A stretch of 64,000 bases of DNA. Source: a bacterium. GTDB lineage: Bacteria; Zhuqueibacterota; Zhuqueibacteria; Residuimicrobiales; Krinioviventaceae. Below the pieces are notes generated by a model that saw nothing but the letters and a program-made list of their open reading frames with translations, was not told the DNA's origin and did no database searches. Positions 42,001-50,535 of the stretch are shown here, piece by piece. The stretch is taken from assembly GCA_963674595.2 (NCBI GenBank), contig CAXXFV010000025.1, positions 1-64,000 of the forward strand, in the 5' to 3' direction. The position numbers were made by a program, and so were the translations under genes. Within the stretch, counting starts at the first letter, position 1. Each line of letters opens with the position of its first letter.

Positions 42001-42794
42001 TTGATTCTTTTTATATCTGGTATGATTATGATTTACTTGGGCGCTTGTCAGCAGTTTACGCTGGTAGATCATCCTCAAAATCATCCATACCTGTTGTTAG
42101 TTATACATACTGGCCTACAGGACAGGTTAATGAACTGATCTACGGAGATCCTGCTGATCCTCTTCAAACTGTCAGTTATGATTATAACAGTCGTGATTGG
42201 GTCTCTCAAATCGGCAGCAATCTTTTTACGCAAAAATTGGGTTACCAAACAGCGGCTGATATAGCTTCCAGCTCCGCGTTTTCATCAAATTTTGATCCGC
42301 AATATAACGGCAATATTTCCTGGATGTCTGTTCTGCGCAATTCCGGTTCTCTACCTCTGACCCGGACCGGATTGTTGTTTGATTATGATTTTGATAACCG
42401 ATTAACAAACGCTGATTTTGGCTACTATGATACAAGCCAGTGGGCCAATTCTGTCAAGTATGATGTTTCTACAACCTATGACCTGAACGGTAATTTATTG
42501 ACTCTCTCACGGCAAAACAATATAACCAGCACGGCTGCAAAGCTTTACAATTATATTTATTACACAAATTCCAACAGGTTGAAAAATGTAAGCGGCACAT
42601 CAACAATAAAATACAGCTATGACCGTGAAGGTAACCTAACTTTTGATGATTATAAAAATGCGACAATCAATTATGATTATCGTAATCTGCCTTACAGGTT
42701 AGAAGTGCCGGGTATCAAGGTTGTTGGTCATTATTATGATGATAATGGCCAACGTGTTATTAAAAAGAAATCTGAATCAAGCGTAACTCCCTAA
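36081..42794 (+). CDS. Large Rhs/YD shell protein (no core) with signal peptide and LamG/CBM-like inserts
   Basis: DLYTG...ASWIGLGW, DUF6443-like segment, YNGNISW, ends YDDNGQRVIKK. Confidence 0.88.
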   Translation: MKTKITLNLFIVFVCLKTVLLAQTGGPITDMMFDNHIASIKYSYENLIDLYTGDFQFDLPLFELKLRGGKTIPFSAKYQSGIKMGQVASWIGLGWHFSPGKIMRSIRGVPDDFRHCYVEKEQVGEFTNFSLSQSLTGLPWYRSICISWERTRQHTKDDIYYYGYLYYQCFNDEYYFDPNITFSDEVCREQSRARMHMNFSGNLTMPYFLAMDDYYVTGFGPQGKIAPYRDGAQAHLFYDDEPVEPINNFIFINNDTKAKVNYITDSDGLITGFIVTDIDGTRYVYGYPVFNNSGQVGIGYKDFGVTNNNYTKHTYNQKYALEWQLTAILYPDFIDNGTKFDGRTVDTDGNWLGLDYNDDGNWIYFKYSLYNDVYNWRVPESSTRISSLWGVSSSDSKHEVSYGSKQLVYLTKIQTPINEVRFEIDQFERQDALEIFSNGTIGTDKPAALSKITVYNYDELNNGRGEIWGFDYKINFHYDHSLCTGSPNSTSGNGKLTLTDVEFIRKEDYCMTLSEHCQPSRTISFEYNDDPNWDNIKWDRWGYYNNNVTLYNHKVPQIGYNDEYVRSWSLNKINFHSGGYISINYESDSYHKVFNLDPQQGISSDLKYGGGPRVKYLKMNDGHDTVNYRIFYSRNDVCDDFSFQTNRDQSSGVAEGEPEPFCALNDLDTRPWEWYPFATYSIGYEQVIVVPNAVQKEEAGNYGHDIVDETDGRIIYEFTAGDEIPDIYTYNSSTYEHYRENNSWKRGKVKGIRYGFIDKTTDQFCCTKEITNQYQNLETEYLDFDKVSWHDQNFLQNVRVRSDFVDVIGGKAVVKTKSESLDGVETTTNITYSKVNGMPVSISTTNSDNDLKESQAVYAFQQYKTGLVPSTTEDYSPIFLASWRFEESQGTIVKDYINPINTGDMHGAAWEASGKIGYCLNFDGIDDYVSIRRSPEYNVVNTLSIEAWICPDSTNSSRTIISKRGAYDLRIDSGYLKIGVQKDNNFIWYGSQVLISADVWSHIVVTLEGSIYKIYKNGVLEQTLLTPGNSTDIWDTGYVKGIWIGAHEEANSVGSSFFQGKIDEVSLYNKVLTLEDVSARYNSGAGKHLSGMDAKYMLSPVYSGIILTNNNKFLSKLWTKWCELGDSFVMDEDWIWKGQDDVAQVPSNPGENYTLCTNIYNKYDEHKNIIETTDANLVKTTQKWGYDGALNIATIKNAINGECSFLNLEDGWSDWTSGNSDLYRTTSDLVPNNQVHSGIYSAYCSTASSEYGPTLNMYIGSDGIDINKNYIFEAWVNIENGEVNIGADARNAQGQSIAGIGWYNSISTGDGWQLLTVEITSDLMSSLTPGCYLQCFCGFPNSGSSGYVDDLRFYPKNSLMTTQTFDLWSYNLSCYMDENNIPSFAEYDNFGLLKTIKNSNYDILKSISYSYSRDNNSDLYNVADPNKVIETLNFDDVNQSVKSVYYDGFGKSIQTQIQDGENDIISAIDYDLLGREYKVWKPFVANTSHAFTAQYDDNEDSDGITESCKEYYDADGPGVNCNGFPFVQTAYGNDPLNRISRIGNPGNNFNINSGHNISYEYDENWDEVTSYTQHNLFKNTTFDENDNQREIYTDKFGHTVLERSYGVYNNTSYYSGSMDPLSVPITNNSGGIIDDDRATSFTPTVSCDAICNVNIITSAEAGEGIVVVKIGDYEGSANIWYRQFTFSAGQNPTDSFSFKVAGGKTYYVAVAAQTDDYLDITTCTTTVEYNNEFMAPIDTYFHHSILGNLEKIIPPKAEGVGTSPLCTSMKYNTLGQLVAKVTPDADGDGDGDPTDESISTDNFDYQYKYDNNGNIRFTKTAKGEFIYNKYDVFNRLVETGVYEGSTTFDNANASTSGEPQTDFPTLDKSVKIIYQYDQEPSWNDGTWPAEPQSPMWFFNNLKGKVSAVKYMTDGWAYTYYSYDKEGRIEWIRHSLPNLPDYSTIEYEYDLQGNIIRQKYTRAEYISEGQYYDIFDSFYIWYDYDLLGRLSAVYAGRSSSKSSIPVVSYTYWPTGQVNELIYGDPADPLQTVSYDYNSRDWVSQIGSNLFTQKLGYQTAADIASSSAFSSNFDPQYNGNISWMSVLRNSGSLPLTRTGLLFDYDFDNRLTNADFGYYDTSQWANSVKYDVSTTYDLNGNLLTLSRQNNITSTAAKLYNYIYYTNSNRLKNVSGTSTIKYSYDREGNLTFDDYKNATINYDYRNLPYRLEVPGIKVVGHYYDDNGQRVIKKKSESSVTP

Positions 42795-42835
42795 TTGATT
42801 ATAATTATAATGAATATAAATTTTAGGAGAAAAGA

Positions 42836-44467
42836 ATGAAAAAGTATGCCATGTATTGTTTTGCTTGTTTGTTTTTGTTTGTGGGTTTAAGCTATTCACA
42901 GAACAAATCCCGTAAAGAAGTTGTAAAGAAAAGATCTCTATATTCCAAAACATATTATAACGCAGACTCTACCTATACACTTGAGGTTTACACGTCACCG
43001 ATTCATTACCGTAAGGGAGAAAAACTGGTTGATATCAAAGAAGATATTGTTCCTTCCAATACGGATTATGCATACGAAGTCACACAGGGTCGGTATCATG
43101 TGTATTTTCAGAACCATTTTAACGATGATTATCCTGTCTTATATGAAAAAGACGGTGTGATAGTTGGTTTTGGTTTAAAAGCCATGGTTTATTGGGACAA
43201 AAAATTACAAACCTATGAAATTATTGAAAAGGCCGGTGGTAGTCCCTATACCCAAATAGAAAAAAATCAGCTTGTTTACAAGAATGTATTTCCCGGTGTT
43301 GATTTGGAATATGCTTACCTTTCAGACCAACTCAAGGAAGGTATCCGTCTGACCTCCAAGGCGCGCAGCAGCCTTCCATCGCCAACCAGTTTTAATATTT
43401 CTGAAAGTAATGCTTATTTGATGTTTCTCCAAAAAGTAGACCTCGGTTCAACTCTGCCGGCCAGTATTGGTACAGAAAAGATCGGTCGCGGATCGGAAAA
43501 ACGTTCGATTGAAACCTATGATCCGGTATGCTTCAAGGACAAAAAAGGTGAAACTTTATTTCATTTTATTGCGGATTATGCTTTCGTACGTATAGAGGAT
43601 GAAGATAAATTAGCAAACAAAAAGAACGCTGTACGTATGCTTAATCGTTTGTTTAAAGATGGTAACGATTATTACATGTTATCCGGTATACCCTATAGTG
43701 ATTTAAAGGAGCTACCGGCAGGCGACATTATATTTGATCCTACGGTTGAAGATGTTCTTGATAATTCAGATCCTACAAATAAAGACACCCAGATATGTAG
43801 TTATTCTTCTTATGTCGCCTATAATTATGGTGGCCGTGAATATGATATCAAAGCGTTTCACCGATCAAGTTATGAATACCGAACGTTGCTGGAATTTGAT
43901 TGCGGATCAGGTGTTGGTGTGGAGAGCATCCAATCTGCTACGTTGACGATGTATGCGCAGTCTTTTGCAAGTGTTGCAGATAATGTTAATGTTTATGAAC
44001 TTAACACAGAGTGGGTGGAAGGTACCGAGGACGGTACGGCCAACCAAACCGGTGCCACTTGGAATACCTATGACGGGACAAATAACTGGAGCCAGAATGG
44101 TGGTGACTTTAATACCACCATTAAAGGAACATATTATGTTGAACAGGTTGGGACGTGTACTTTCAGCCTGGATGCCACTATGGTTACCGGCTGGTTAACA
44201 ATTCCTGCCAACAACCATGGAATTCTACTTGCCTGTTCACGTGATATTTCAGGTGGGGACGAATGTCGGGTAGGTTTTTCAACATCTGCTAATGCTGATG
44301 CAAGTAAACGTCCGAAACTGGAAATTGTGTATACAGCAGACGATGGCGGTTCGTCTTCAGGTACAGGAGGTTCTACTACAACACTTCCTGCTGGGACCAC
44401 ATTTTATATTCGTGGAGCTGATGGTAATGTCGTTGCCACTTATAAAGGTGAAGAAACCAGTGAATGA
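42836..44467 (+). CDS. Signal peptide + WapA-like N-domain + DNRLRE-like domain + single terminal Rhs hairpin
   Basis: KRSLYSKTYYNADSTYT...PIHY, RPKLEIVY, GS/T linker, TTFYIRGADGNVVATY; paralogous to the N-half of 31103. Confidence 0.85.
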   Translation: MKKYAMYCFACLFLFVGLSYSQNKSRKEVVKKRSLYSKTYYNADSTYTLEVYTSPIHYRKGEKLVDIKEDIVPSNTDYAYEVTQGRYHVYFQNHFNDDYPVLYEKDGVIVGFGLKAMVYWDKKLQTYEIIEKAGGSPYTQIEKNQLVYKNVFPGVDLEYAYLSDQLKEGIRLTSKARSSLPSPTSFNISESNAYLMFLQKVDLGSTLPASIGTEKIGRGSEKRSIETYDPVCFKDKKGETLFHFIADYAFVRIEDEDKLANKKNAVRMLNRLFKDGNDYYMLSGIPYSDLKELPAGDIIFDPTVEDVLDNSDPTNKDTQICSYSSYVAYNYGGREYDIKAFHRSSYEYRTLLEFDCGSGVGVESIQSATLTMYAQSFASVADNVNVYELNTEWVEGTEDGTANQTGATWNTYDGTNNWSQNGGDFNTTIKGTYYVEQVGTCTFSLDATMVTGWLTIPANNHGILLACSRDISGGDECRVGFSTSANADASKRPKLEIVYTADDGGSSSGTGGSTTTLPAGTTFYIRGADGNVVATYKGEETSE

Positions 44468-44537
44468 AATGATGATTAAATCTTGGGCCTAACCTTGAAA
44501 TAACGGTTTGGCCCTGTTTTTTTTAGGAGAATATCAC

Positions 44538-45491
44538 ATGAAATTAACAAAGCTATTGCTAACTGCTGTTTTATTTTCTATATTTACAAGTAATGGATTA
44601 GCTGAAATTACTCCACCACCAGAGACGACAATCGAGGAGAGTTGGTATTACCACATAAACGACCATTTGGGTAGCTGCCGCACGGTTTTCAAGGACACCA
44701 ACGGCACTGCTTTAGTAGTACAGGAATTTGATTATTATCCCTTTGGTATGGAAATGCCGGGCCAGACAGATGTAGGTGGTACCAAGGCAATCTTTACTTA
44801 TTCTAACAAAGAACTTGACGACGAAGCCGGTGTCAACTTACACTATTTCGGGGCCCGGTTTTATAATGCAGAGATAGGGCGGTGGTTGAGTGTGGATCCG
44901 TTGGGAGAACTGCGGGCTCATGAGTCACCTTATTCATATTGCGGCAATAATCCTTTAAGCAGGATTGATCCTACTGGCTTATATTGGGGTATAACTGAAA
45001 TTAATGGTGAAAATGCCTTAATATGGGTTGTTGAAAAACCAGTTGTTGTTTTTGCGGACAGGTATTTTTCTCCATTAAAGATAGCTGGTTTTATTGGACT
45101 TGGGGTTTTTGCATTCGCTGAACCCTCTTTTGCGGGAGAGGCTTTGTTTTATTCAACAGCTATTGCCTCAGGTTGGAAAGTTGGTAGCTATTTAAGTAAA
45201 CAAAAAGAGCGTGAATTAAACGAGGGGAATACTGAAACAGATCAGTGGGAAGATGACGAAGGAAGAGCTCCCGATCCGAATAAAGTGTATGTAGATAAAG
45301 ATGGTAAAGAATATAAATTCAAACCCAAAAGAAATTGGGACGGAAAACCTGATAGAAAGGGAAATTTTGTGGATAAACAAGGTAGGGCTTGGAGTAAAGT
45401 AACTGATCATAAAGGATCGCATAGAAACCCTCATCGTGATATACAATTATCAAATGGTCGTGATTATGTGAGAGTATGGCCCAAGAAATAA
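44538..45491 (+). CDS. Signal peptide + Rhs core + Ntox37-like predicted RNase toxin
   Basis: RBS AGGAGA, MKLTKLLL; NDHLGS, DYYPFG, KELD, YFGARFY, PLSRIDPTG; C-terminal FKPKRNWDGK...PHRDIQ. Confidence 0.85.
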   Translation: MKLTKLLLTAVLFSIFTSNGLAEITPPPETTIEESWYYHINDHLGSCRTVFKDTNGTALVVQEFDYYPFGMEMPGQTDVGGTKAIFTYSNKELDDEAGVNLHYFGARFYNAEIGRWLSVDPLGELRAHESPYSYCGNNPLSRIDPTGLYWGITEINGENALIWVVEKPVVVFADRYFSPLKIAGFIGLGVFAFAEPSFAGEALFYSTAIASGWKVGSYLSKQKERELNEGNTETDQWEDDEGRAPDPNKVYVDKDGKEYKFKPKRNWDGKPDRKGNFVDKQGRAWSKVTDHKGSHRNPHRDIQLSNGRDYVRVWPKK

Positions 45492-45629
45492 AGTAGTGTA
45501 ATATAATAAGTGAAAAGATGATTGCATATAAAGATGGGATAGAATAAATAGATTGAATTTAATAAATTAAAAAGTAAGAAGCATCTATTGCAGGATTGGT
45601 GTTGATGATTTAAATTGTAAGGACAAATT

Positions 45630-46190
45630 ATGATAAGTTACAAAAAATATGAGAAATGGTATAGTGATCATGATAATGATGATACATTCCTATTGATTGC
45701 TGTAAATTATGATCCTGAAAGCAAAGAAAAGTATATTCAGCAGAAAGGATTTGATTTAGAGTGTCCCATTTCAGACATTGAGAAATATTCTGATATACTT
45801 ACTAACGTAATCTCAAAATTTGCAGGTAATTCTTTTCATGTTAAGTTACAATACGAAGAGTTTTCTTGGTACCCTGATTGGTTGTATAAGGAATATAAAG
45901 AAACCGAATATTTAAAAAAATATTTGGAAACGGTAAAACTGAAGAATAATTTTGAAGGTGAATTTGAGATATCAAATATAAAGGAGTTTTTAATTAATTT
46001 TTTAGATTATCCTTCAAAATATAGATATCAAGATATAGAGATTTTTTCAGTTGAATCTGATTTTGCCTTTGTTATTTCAGGGCATGGAACGTTTTGGTTT
46101 GTTCATGAGAATGAAGGTGTTCTAAAGGAGATTGGTAAATTATTAGATAATGAAGGCGTAACAGTAATGCCCTTAAAGTATTTAACATAA
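45630..46190 (+). CDS. Putative cytoplasmic immunity protein
   Basis: Acidic, aromatic-rich 186 aa protein directly after the toxin gene; no signal peptide. Confidence 0.6.
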   Translation: MISYKKYEKWYSDHDNDDTFLLIAVNYDPESKEKYIQQKGFDLECPISDIEKYSDILTNVISKFAGNSFHVKLQYEEFSWYPDWLYKEYKETEYLKKYLETVKLKNNFEGEFEISNIKEFLINFLDYPSKYRYQDIEIFSVESDFAFVISGHGTFWFVHENEGVLKEIGKLLDNEGVTVMPLKYLT

Positions 46191-46292
46191 GATACTATGC
46201 TCGCTCAGGAATTTCTTTTCTTGGTCGCTAAATAGGTTTAGGCATTTGACTTTTATATTTGTACTATATGGTGCAATTATATTTTCCTTGGC

Positions 46293-46335
46293 AGAAAACA
46301 GGTGCGGTTAAATCGCCGCACCTGTTTTCTTTTTT
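46293..46335 (+). terminator. Intrinsic terminator
   Basis: AGAAAACAGGTGCGG...CCGCACCTGTTTTCT plus T run. Confidence 0.8.
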
Positions 46336-46510
46336 AATAAACATTCCGTTAGGCGTTTTTTAGAAATCAGATATATTATTTGGTCAGGCCCAAAAGGTAT
46401 TACCACAAAAACGAACATTTTGGTATCTGCTACTATCTTCATGTACATATTTCTGAATTTTATGTACAGGACAAAACTTTCATGTACTAGGTGTGTACAT
46501 ATTTTATTTT

Positions 46511-47840
46511 GAGACTGTAAACTTTTTTGTGTAAATGAATATTACTATATTTGAATGATCATACGGTCCTTAAAAATAATAGACAATTGCGACACAATAA
46601 TGGGCCAATTAGCGATAGGTTTATTCCACTTTTTAGCAATGTCCCGATAAGCCAGGAACAACATTTTTTTCAAAGCGTCATCATGGGGAAACAAAGATTT
46701 CGTCTTGGTCACTTTGCGTAATTGCCGATGAAGTGCTTCAACGCTATTGGTAGTATAGATCAGTTTTCTGATTTCTTCCGAATACTGGAAATAGTTTGAC
46801 AGGTTGCTCCAATTATTTTTCCACGAGTTTGTCACCACAGGATATTTTTTGCCCCATTTTTCTTCAAGATGTTCCAGTTGCAGTTCAGCATTCTCTTTGG
46901 TCGGACTCTGATAGACCAGTTTCAAGTCTTTGATGAATTCCTTTTGATGTTTGGACGCTACATAACGTAATGAATTCCGGATTTGGTGGATGACGCATAA
47001 TTGTACGACTGCCTCAGGGAAAATCGTGGCAATGGCATCAGGGAAACCTTTTAATCCATCAACGCAGGCAATGAGTATATCTTCAACACCACGGCTCTTT
47101 AAATCGGTCAACACGGACAACCAGAAATTAGCGCCTTCGGACTGGTCGATCCAGATGCCAAGCATTTCCTTCAATCCGTCACTGTTGATCCCCAAAACCG
47201 TATAGGCAGCTTTGTTGACAATACGACTTTCTTCGCGGATTTTATAATGAATAGCATCTAAATAAACAATAGGATAGAGTTTATCCAGAGGACGGGCCTG
47301 CCACTCCACGACAAACTCCCTGACCCGTTCGGTGACATTGGATATAAACGCCGGAGAAACTTCCAGGCCATACAATTCATCAAGGTGCTCCTTGATGTCT
47401 CGTGTGGTCAATCCTTTAGCATACAGGGAGATGATGATCTCATCGATTTTGCCCAGATCACGGTGGTGTTTTTTGATCAAAGCCGGATCAAATTCACCGT
47501 TGCGGTCGCGAGGGACTTTGATTTGAATTTCACCAAAGTCTGTTTTTACGGTTTTACTACTGGCACCATTTCGGCTATTACCACTATTATCGCCTTCTGA
47601 TGAATGCTTCTCATAACCCAGATGTTGGCTCATTTCCGCTTCCAGTATCTGGTCGGACAAACCACGAATTAAATTCTTGACCACACCGTCTTTACCCAAA
47701 AGATCGTCTGCGGTCTTGCAGTTTTCAAAGTCTTTTTCAAGTTGCTTAATAAGTTCTGATGTGAGTTTCATTGGTAAATTCTCCTGTGTTATTTTAAAAT
47801 GTCATTTTCTTTGATAAAACACAAGTGAATTTACAGTCCC
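46511..47840 (-). mobile_element. IS256-family insertion sequence
   Basis: Ends GAGACTGTAAACTTTTTTGTGT and (rc) GGGACTGTAAATTCACTTGTGT flank the transposase; no target duplication seen. Confidence 0.85.
46545..47771 (-). CDS. IS256-family transposase
   Basis: NSRNG, VPRDRNGEF, VYLDA, DGLKGF, QLCVIHQIRNS, IYTTNSVE. Confidence 0.95.
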   Translation of the reverse strand: MKLTSELIKQLEKDFENCKTADDLLGKDGVVKNLIRGLSDQILEAEMSQHLGYEKHSSEGDNSGNSRNGASSKTVKTDFGEIQIKVPRDRNGEFDPALIKKHHRDLGKIDEIIISLYAKGLTTRDIKEHLDELYGLEVSPAFISNVTERVREFVVEWQARPLDKLYPIVYLDAIHYKIREESRIVNKAAYTVLGINSDGLKEMLGIWIDQSEGANFWLSVLTDLKSRGVEDILIACVDGLKGFPDAIATIFPEAVVQLCVIHQIRNSLRYVASKHQKEFIKDLKLVYQSPTKENAELQLEHLEEKWGKKYPVVTNSWKNNWSNLSNYFQYSEEIRKLIYTTNSVEALHRQLRKVTKTKSLFPHDDALKKMLFLAYRDIAKKWNKPIANWPIIVSQLSIIFKDRMIIQI

Positions 47841-47942
47841 TGGCGAAAAAAATGTCAGTAAATCAAATTAGGCCGAAATTCAATAACCCTACGGGTCATT
47901 GAATCCTATGAAATTGATTTACACAAAACTTTGGACACTTCC

Positions 47943-48131
47943 GTCTATGGGAATCCTGCTGCTCCGTTACAGACTGTCGCTTATGATTATAACAGCCGTG
48001 ATTGGATCTCCCAAATCGGTAGTAATCTTTTTACACAAAAACTGGGTTATCAGACGGCGGCTGATATCGCTTCCAGTGCGGCTTTTTCTGCAAATTTTTC
48101 TCCACAATATAATGGCAATATTTCCTGGATG
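47943..48131 (+). pseudogene. Fragment of a third Rhs shell gene
   Basis: YGNPAAPLQTVAYDYNSRDWISQIGSNLFTQKLGYQTAADIASS...YNGNISWM, near-identical to ~42140-42326 with many synonymous changes. Confidence 0.9.
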
Positions 48132-48227
48132 CGTATTCCGGTGAAAGTTGCCACTGATTCCGGCTGAAAGTTTACCACTGAACAATCCAAACATTTAGAC
48201 AATTTTAATTTATCATAGTGGCAATTT

Positions 48228-48968
48228 TCAGCCGGAATGTTTACTGAGAATTTTTCTCATAGAATCTCCATTCATTTCAATTTTATATGAATTATGCACG
48301 AGACGATCACAGATAGCATCAGCAATAGTCGAACTGGCCATCAGCTCGTGCCAATGAGTAACCGGAAGTTGCGAAGTCATGATAGTAGACTGAATGTTAT
48401 ATCTGTCTTCCAACAACTCGAGCAAAATTAATTTACACTGTTCATCGATAGGATGCAAGCCGAAATCATCAATTATCAAGACGTTTTGTTTTTGAATTTT
48501 TAGCAGCTCTTTGACATATGTTCCCTCTGCCTTGGCAAATTTCAATTTCGAAAAGAGTTTGGCCGCATTGAAATAAAAAACAGTAAAACCATTTACGCAA
48601 GCCTGATGTCCGAGAGCACAAGCAATAAAACTTTTACCGATACCGGTTGGTCCTGTGATAAGTATGTTTTCACTTTTTTGTACCCAGTCGCAGTTAGAAA
48701 GACGAAGGAACAAGTTTTTATCCAATTCCCTTTTATAGTTAAAATCAATTTGTTCCAAACAACACTGATGACGAAACCTGGCAGCTTTTAAAATTCGTTC
48801 GAGCCGTCTGTTGTATCGTTCTTCCCACTCTGAATCGACAAGATGAGCGACCAGTTCATCAGCAGTAAAGTTTTGGTTAAAGTTTTTTTGCAAAGTCGCA
48901 TGAAAAGCATTGGCCATGCCATAAAGTTTCATGGTGTGCATTTTATCATAGGTTGCTTGATGAATCAT
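48228..48968 (-). CDS. istB: IS21 helper ATPase IstB
   Basis: GPTGIGKS, IIDDFG, TSQLP, ADAICDRLVH. Confidence 0.95.
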   Translation of the reverse strand: MIHQATYDKMHTMKLYGMANAFHATLQKNFNQNFTADELVAHLVDSEWEERYNRRLERILKAARFRHQCCLEQIDFNYKRELDKNLFLRLSNCDWVQKSENILITGPTGIGKSFIACALGHQACVNGFTVFYFNAAKLFSKLKFAKAEGTYVKELLKIQKQNVLIIDDFGLHPIDEQCKLILLELLEDRYNIQSTIMTSQLPVTHWHELMASSTIADAICDRLVHNSYKIEMNGDSMRKILSKHSG

Positions 48969-50535
48969 GGTAATTCTCCCTGTTATAGTATTTTTGTCCT
49001 CTGACGTTTTGATGCTCCGGCAATGGTTTGTACTGTTCGGGTTGATATGTGTCCATTTTGTTTTCTAAAATTCTTTTTATGCCTCTGTAGGAATAATATT
49101 GAAAGCGAATAGCAATTCGACAAGCATTGTTCAAACGTTCTTTGGTATATTTTTTCTCTAAACCAAGTATCCCCATACAGACTTTATATGCTTGCTCCGG
49201 ATGTTTTCTTTGAGCCAAAACCTGCTCTATGACGTGCTTTACATGGTCACCTGACTTTTGTGCCCAACTGATAAATCTATTCGGACTCCAATCATTGACA
49301 AACCTGTGATGTGACGGCATATGTTCTTTTACAGTTGTATAATGATTTGGAGAACAGTCTCTTTTATGAAAAGCAATTCTCTTGTTTTTGAAAAAAAGTT
49401 CGACAATGCTATCGGTATAAATTACAGTGATTTGCTTGCCACGGTAACGATAGGGCACACTGTAATAATGTTTGTCCTCACTGAGGTAAACATGATAGTT
49501 GAATTGAGCTTTCAGGCATTTAAACCGACGTCTTGTATATTTTTCTTTTGGCAGGTCCCGGAGTGCCGCCTTCTCTGTCTCATCAAATAATGCTTTTCTT
49601 GAGACTTTTAGTTTTTGCATGGGTTTTGAGTTATATTTTTCGAGTTCCTCCATAATCGCCTGATTAAGCTCTTCAAGGGTATGAAATATACGATTACGTA
49701 AACTTGCAAATATCCAGGCATATACGATTTTCACGGCACCTTCAACAAGAGCTTTATCTTTTGGAGCGTTTGGTCTGGCCGGTAAAATAGTTGTCTGAAA
49801 ATGACGGGCGAAATCTATATACTCCGGATTGATATCAGGTTCATATTTATTTCCGATGTTTACTGCCGACTTTAGACAGTCCGGCACGATGGCTTTGGGA
49901 ACACCGCCAAAATAGTAAAGTGCATTTTGATTTGCTTTTATCCAGTCTTCCTTTTTCTGGCTGATGGTGGCTTCCACATAAGTGTGTTGACTGGCGCCAA
50001 GAACGGCAACAAAAACTTCAACCTCCTTAATTTCACCGGTATGTCTGTCGACAATCTCGAGATGTTTACCAGTAAAGTCGACAAACATTTTATCCCCTGC
50101 TTTGTGATGAATATGCATGGTCAATTCGCTGCTGTTTCGCCATTGCTGGAAATGATAACAAAATTGAGAATATCCATACCCATCAGGATATTCAGCTAGA
50201 TACTCTTGCCATAGTCGATGTAGAGTGACCCCTGTTCGTTTTAATTCTTTAGATAAATAATCGAATTGGCTGGATATAATTTTATATCGTTGGGAGTTGG
50301 ATATATTTCTATCTTGTACGAGGGCTACAAGTGTGTCGTCATCCATGTCTTTTATGGCATCATAATTTAGACCGGCATTTTTGATTTGTACAAAATATTG
50401 TTTTATAACGGGTCTGGAAATATTTAGCGCACGAGCTATGGCCCGGTCGCTTAAATTTGCTGTTTCTTTTAATCGGATGATTTCCCGTATCTTTTCCATG
50501 GGTATTCTCCTCATAGGCATAATATGTTCCTCCAT
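48946..50535 (-). CDS. istA: IS21 transposase IstA
   Basis: HKAGDKMFVDFTG, GGVPKAIVPDCLKSAV, PKDKALVE. Confidence 0.95.
   Translation of the reverse strand: MEEHIMPMRRIPMEKIREIIRLKETANLSDRAIARALNISRPVIKQYFVQIKNAGLNYDAIKDMDDDTLVALVQDRNISNSQRYKIISSQFDYLSKELKRTGVTLHRLWQEYLAEYPDGYGYSQFCYHFQQWRNSSELTMHIHHKAGDKMFVDFTGKHLEIVDRHTGEIKEVEVFVAVLGASQHTYVEATISQKKEDWIKANQNALYYFGGVPKAIVPDCLKSAVNIGNKYEPDINPEYIDFARHFQTTILPARPNAPKDKALVEGAVKIVYAWIFASLRNRIFHTLEELNQAIMEELEKYNSKPMQKLKVSRKALFDETEKAALRDLPKEKYTRRRFKCLKAQFNYHVYLSEDKHYYSVPYRYRGKQITVIYTDSIVELFFKNKRIAFHKRDCSPNHYTTVKEHMPSHHRFVNDWSPNRFISWAQKSGDHVKHVIEQVLAQRKHPEQAYKVCMGILGLEKKYTKERLNNACRIAIRFQYYSYRGIKRILENKMDTYQPEQYKPLPEHQNVRGQKYYNRENYHDSSSNL

Noticed and set aside
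26603-45491. Rhs fragments as pseudogene decay or T6SS effectors
   Set aside because: Each piece has its own RBS and signal peptide with long intact frames; no PAAR, VgrG or EagR genes.
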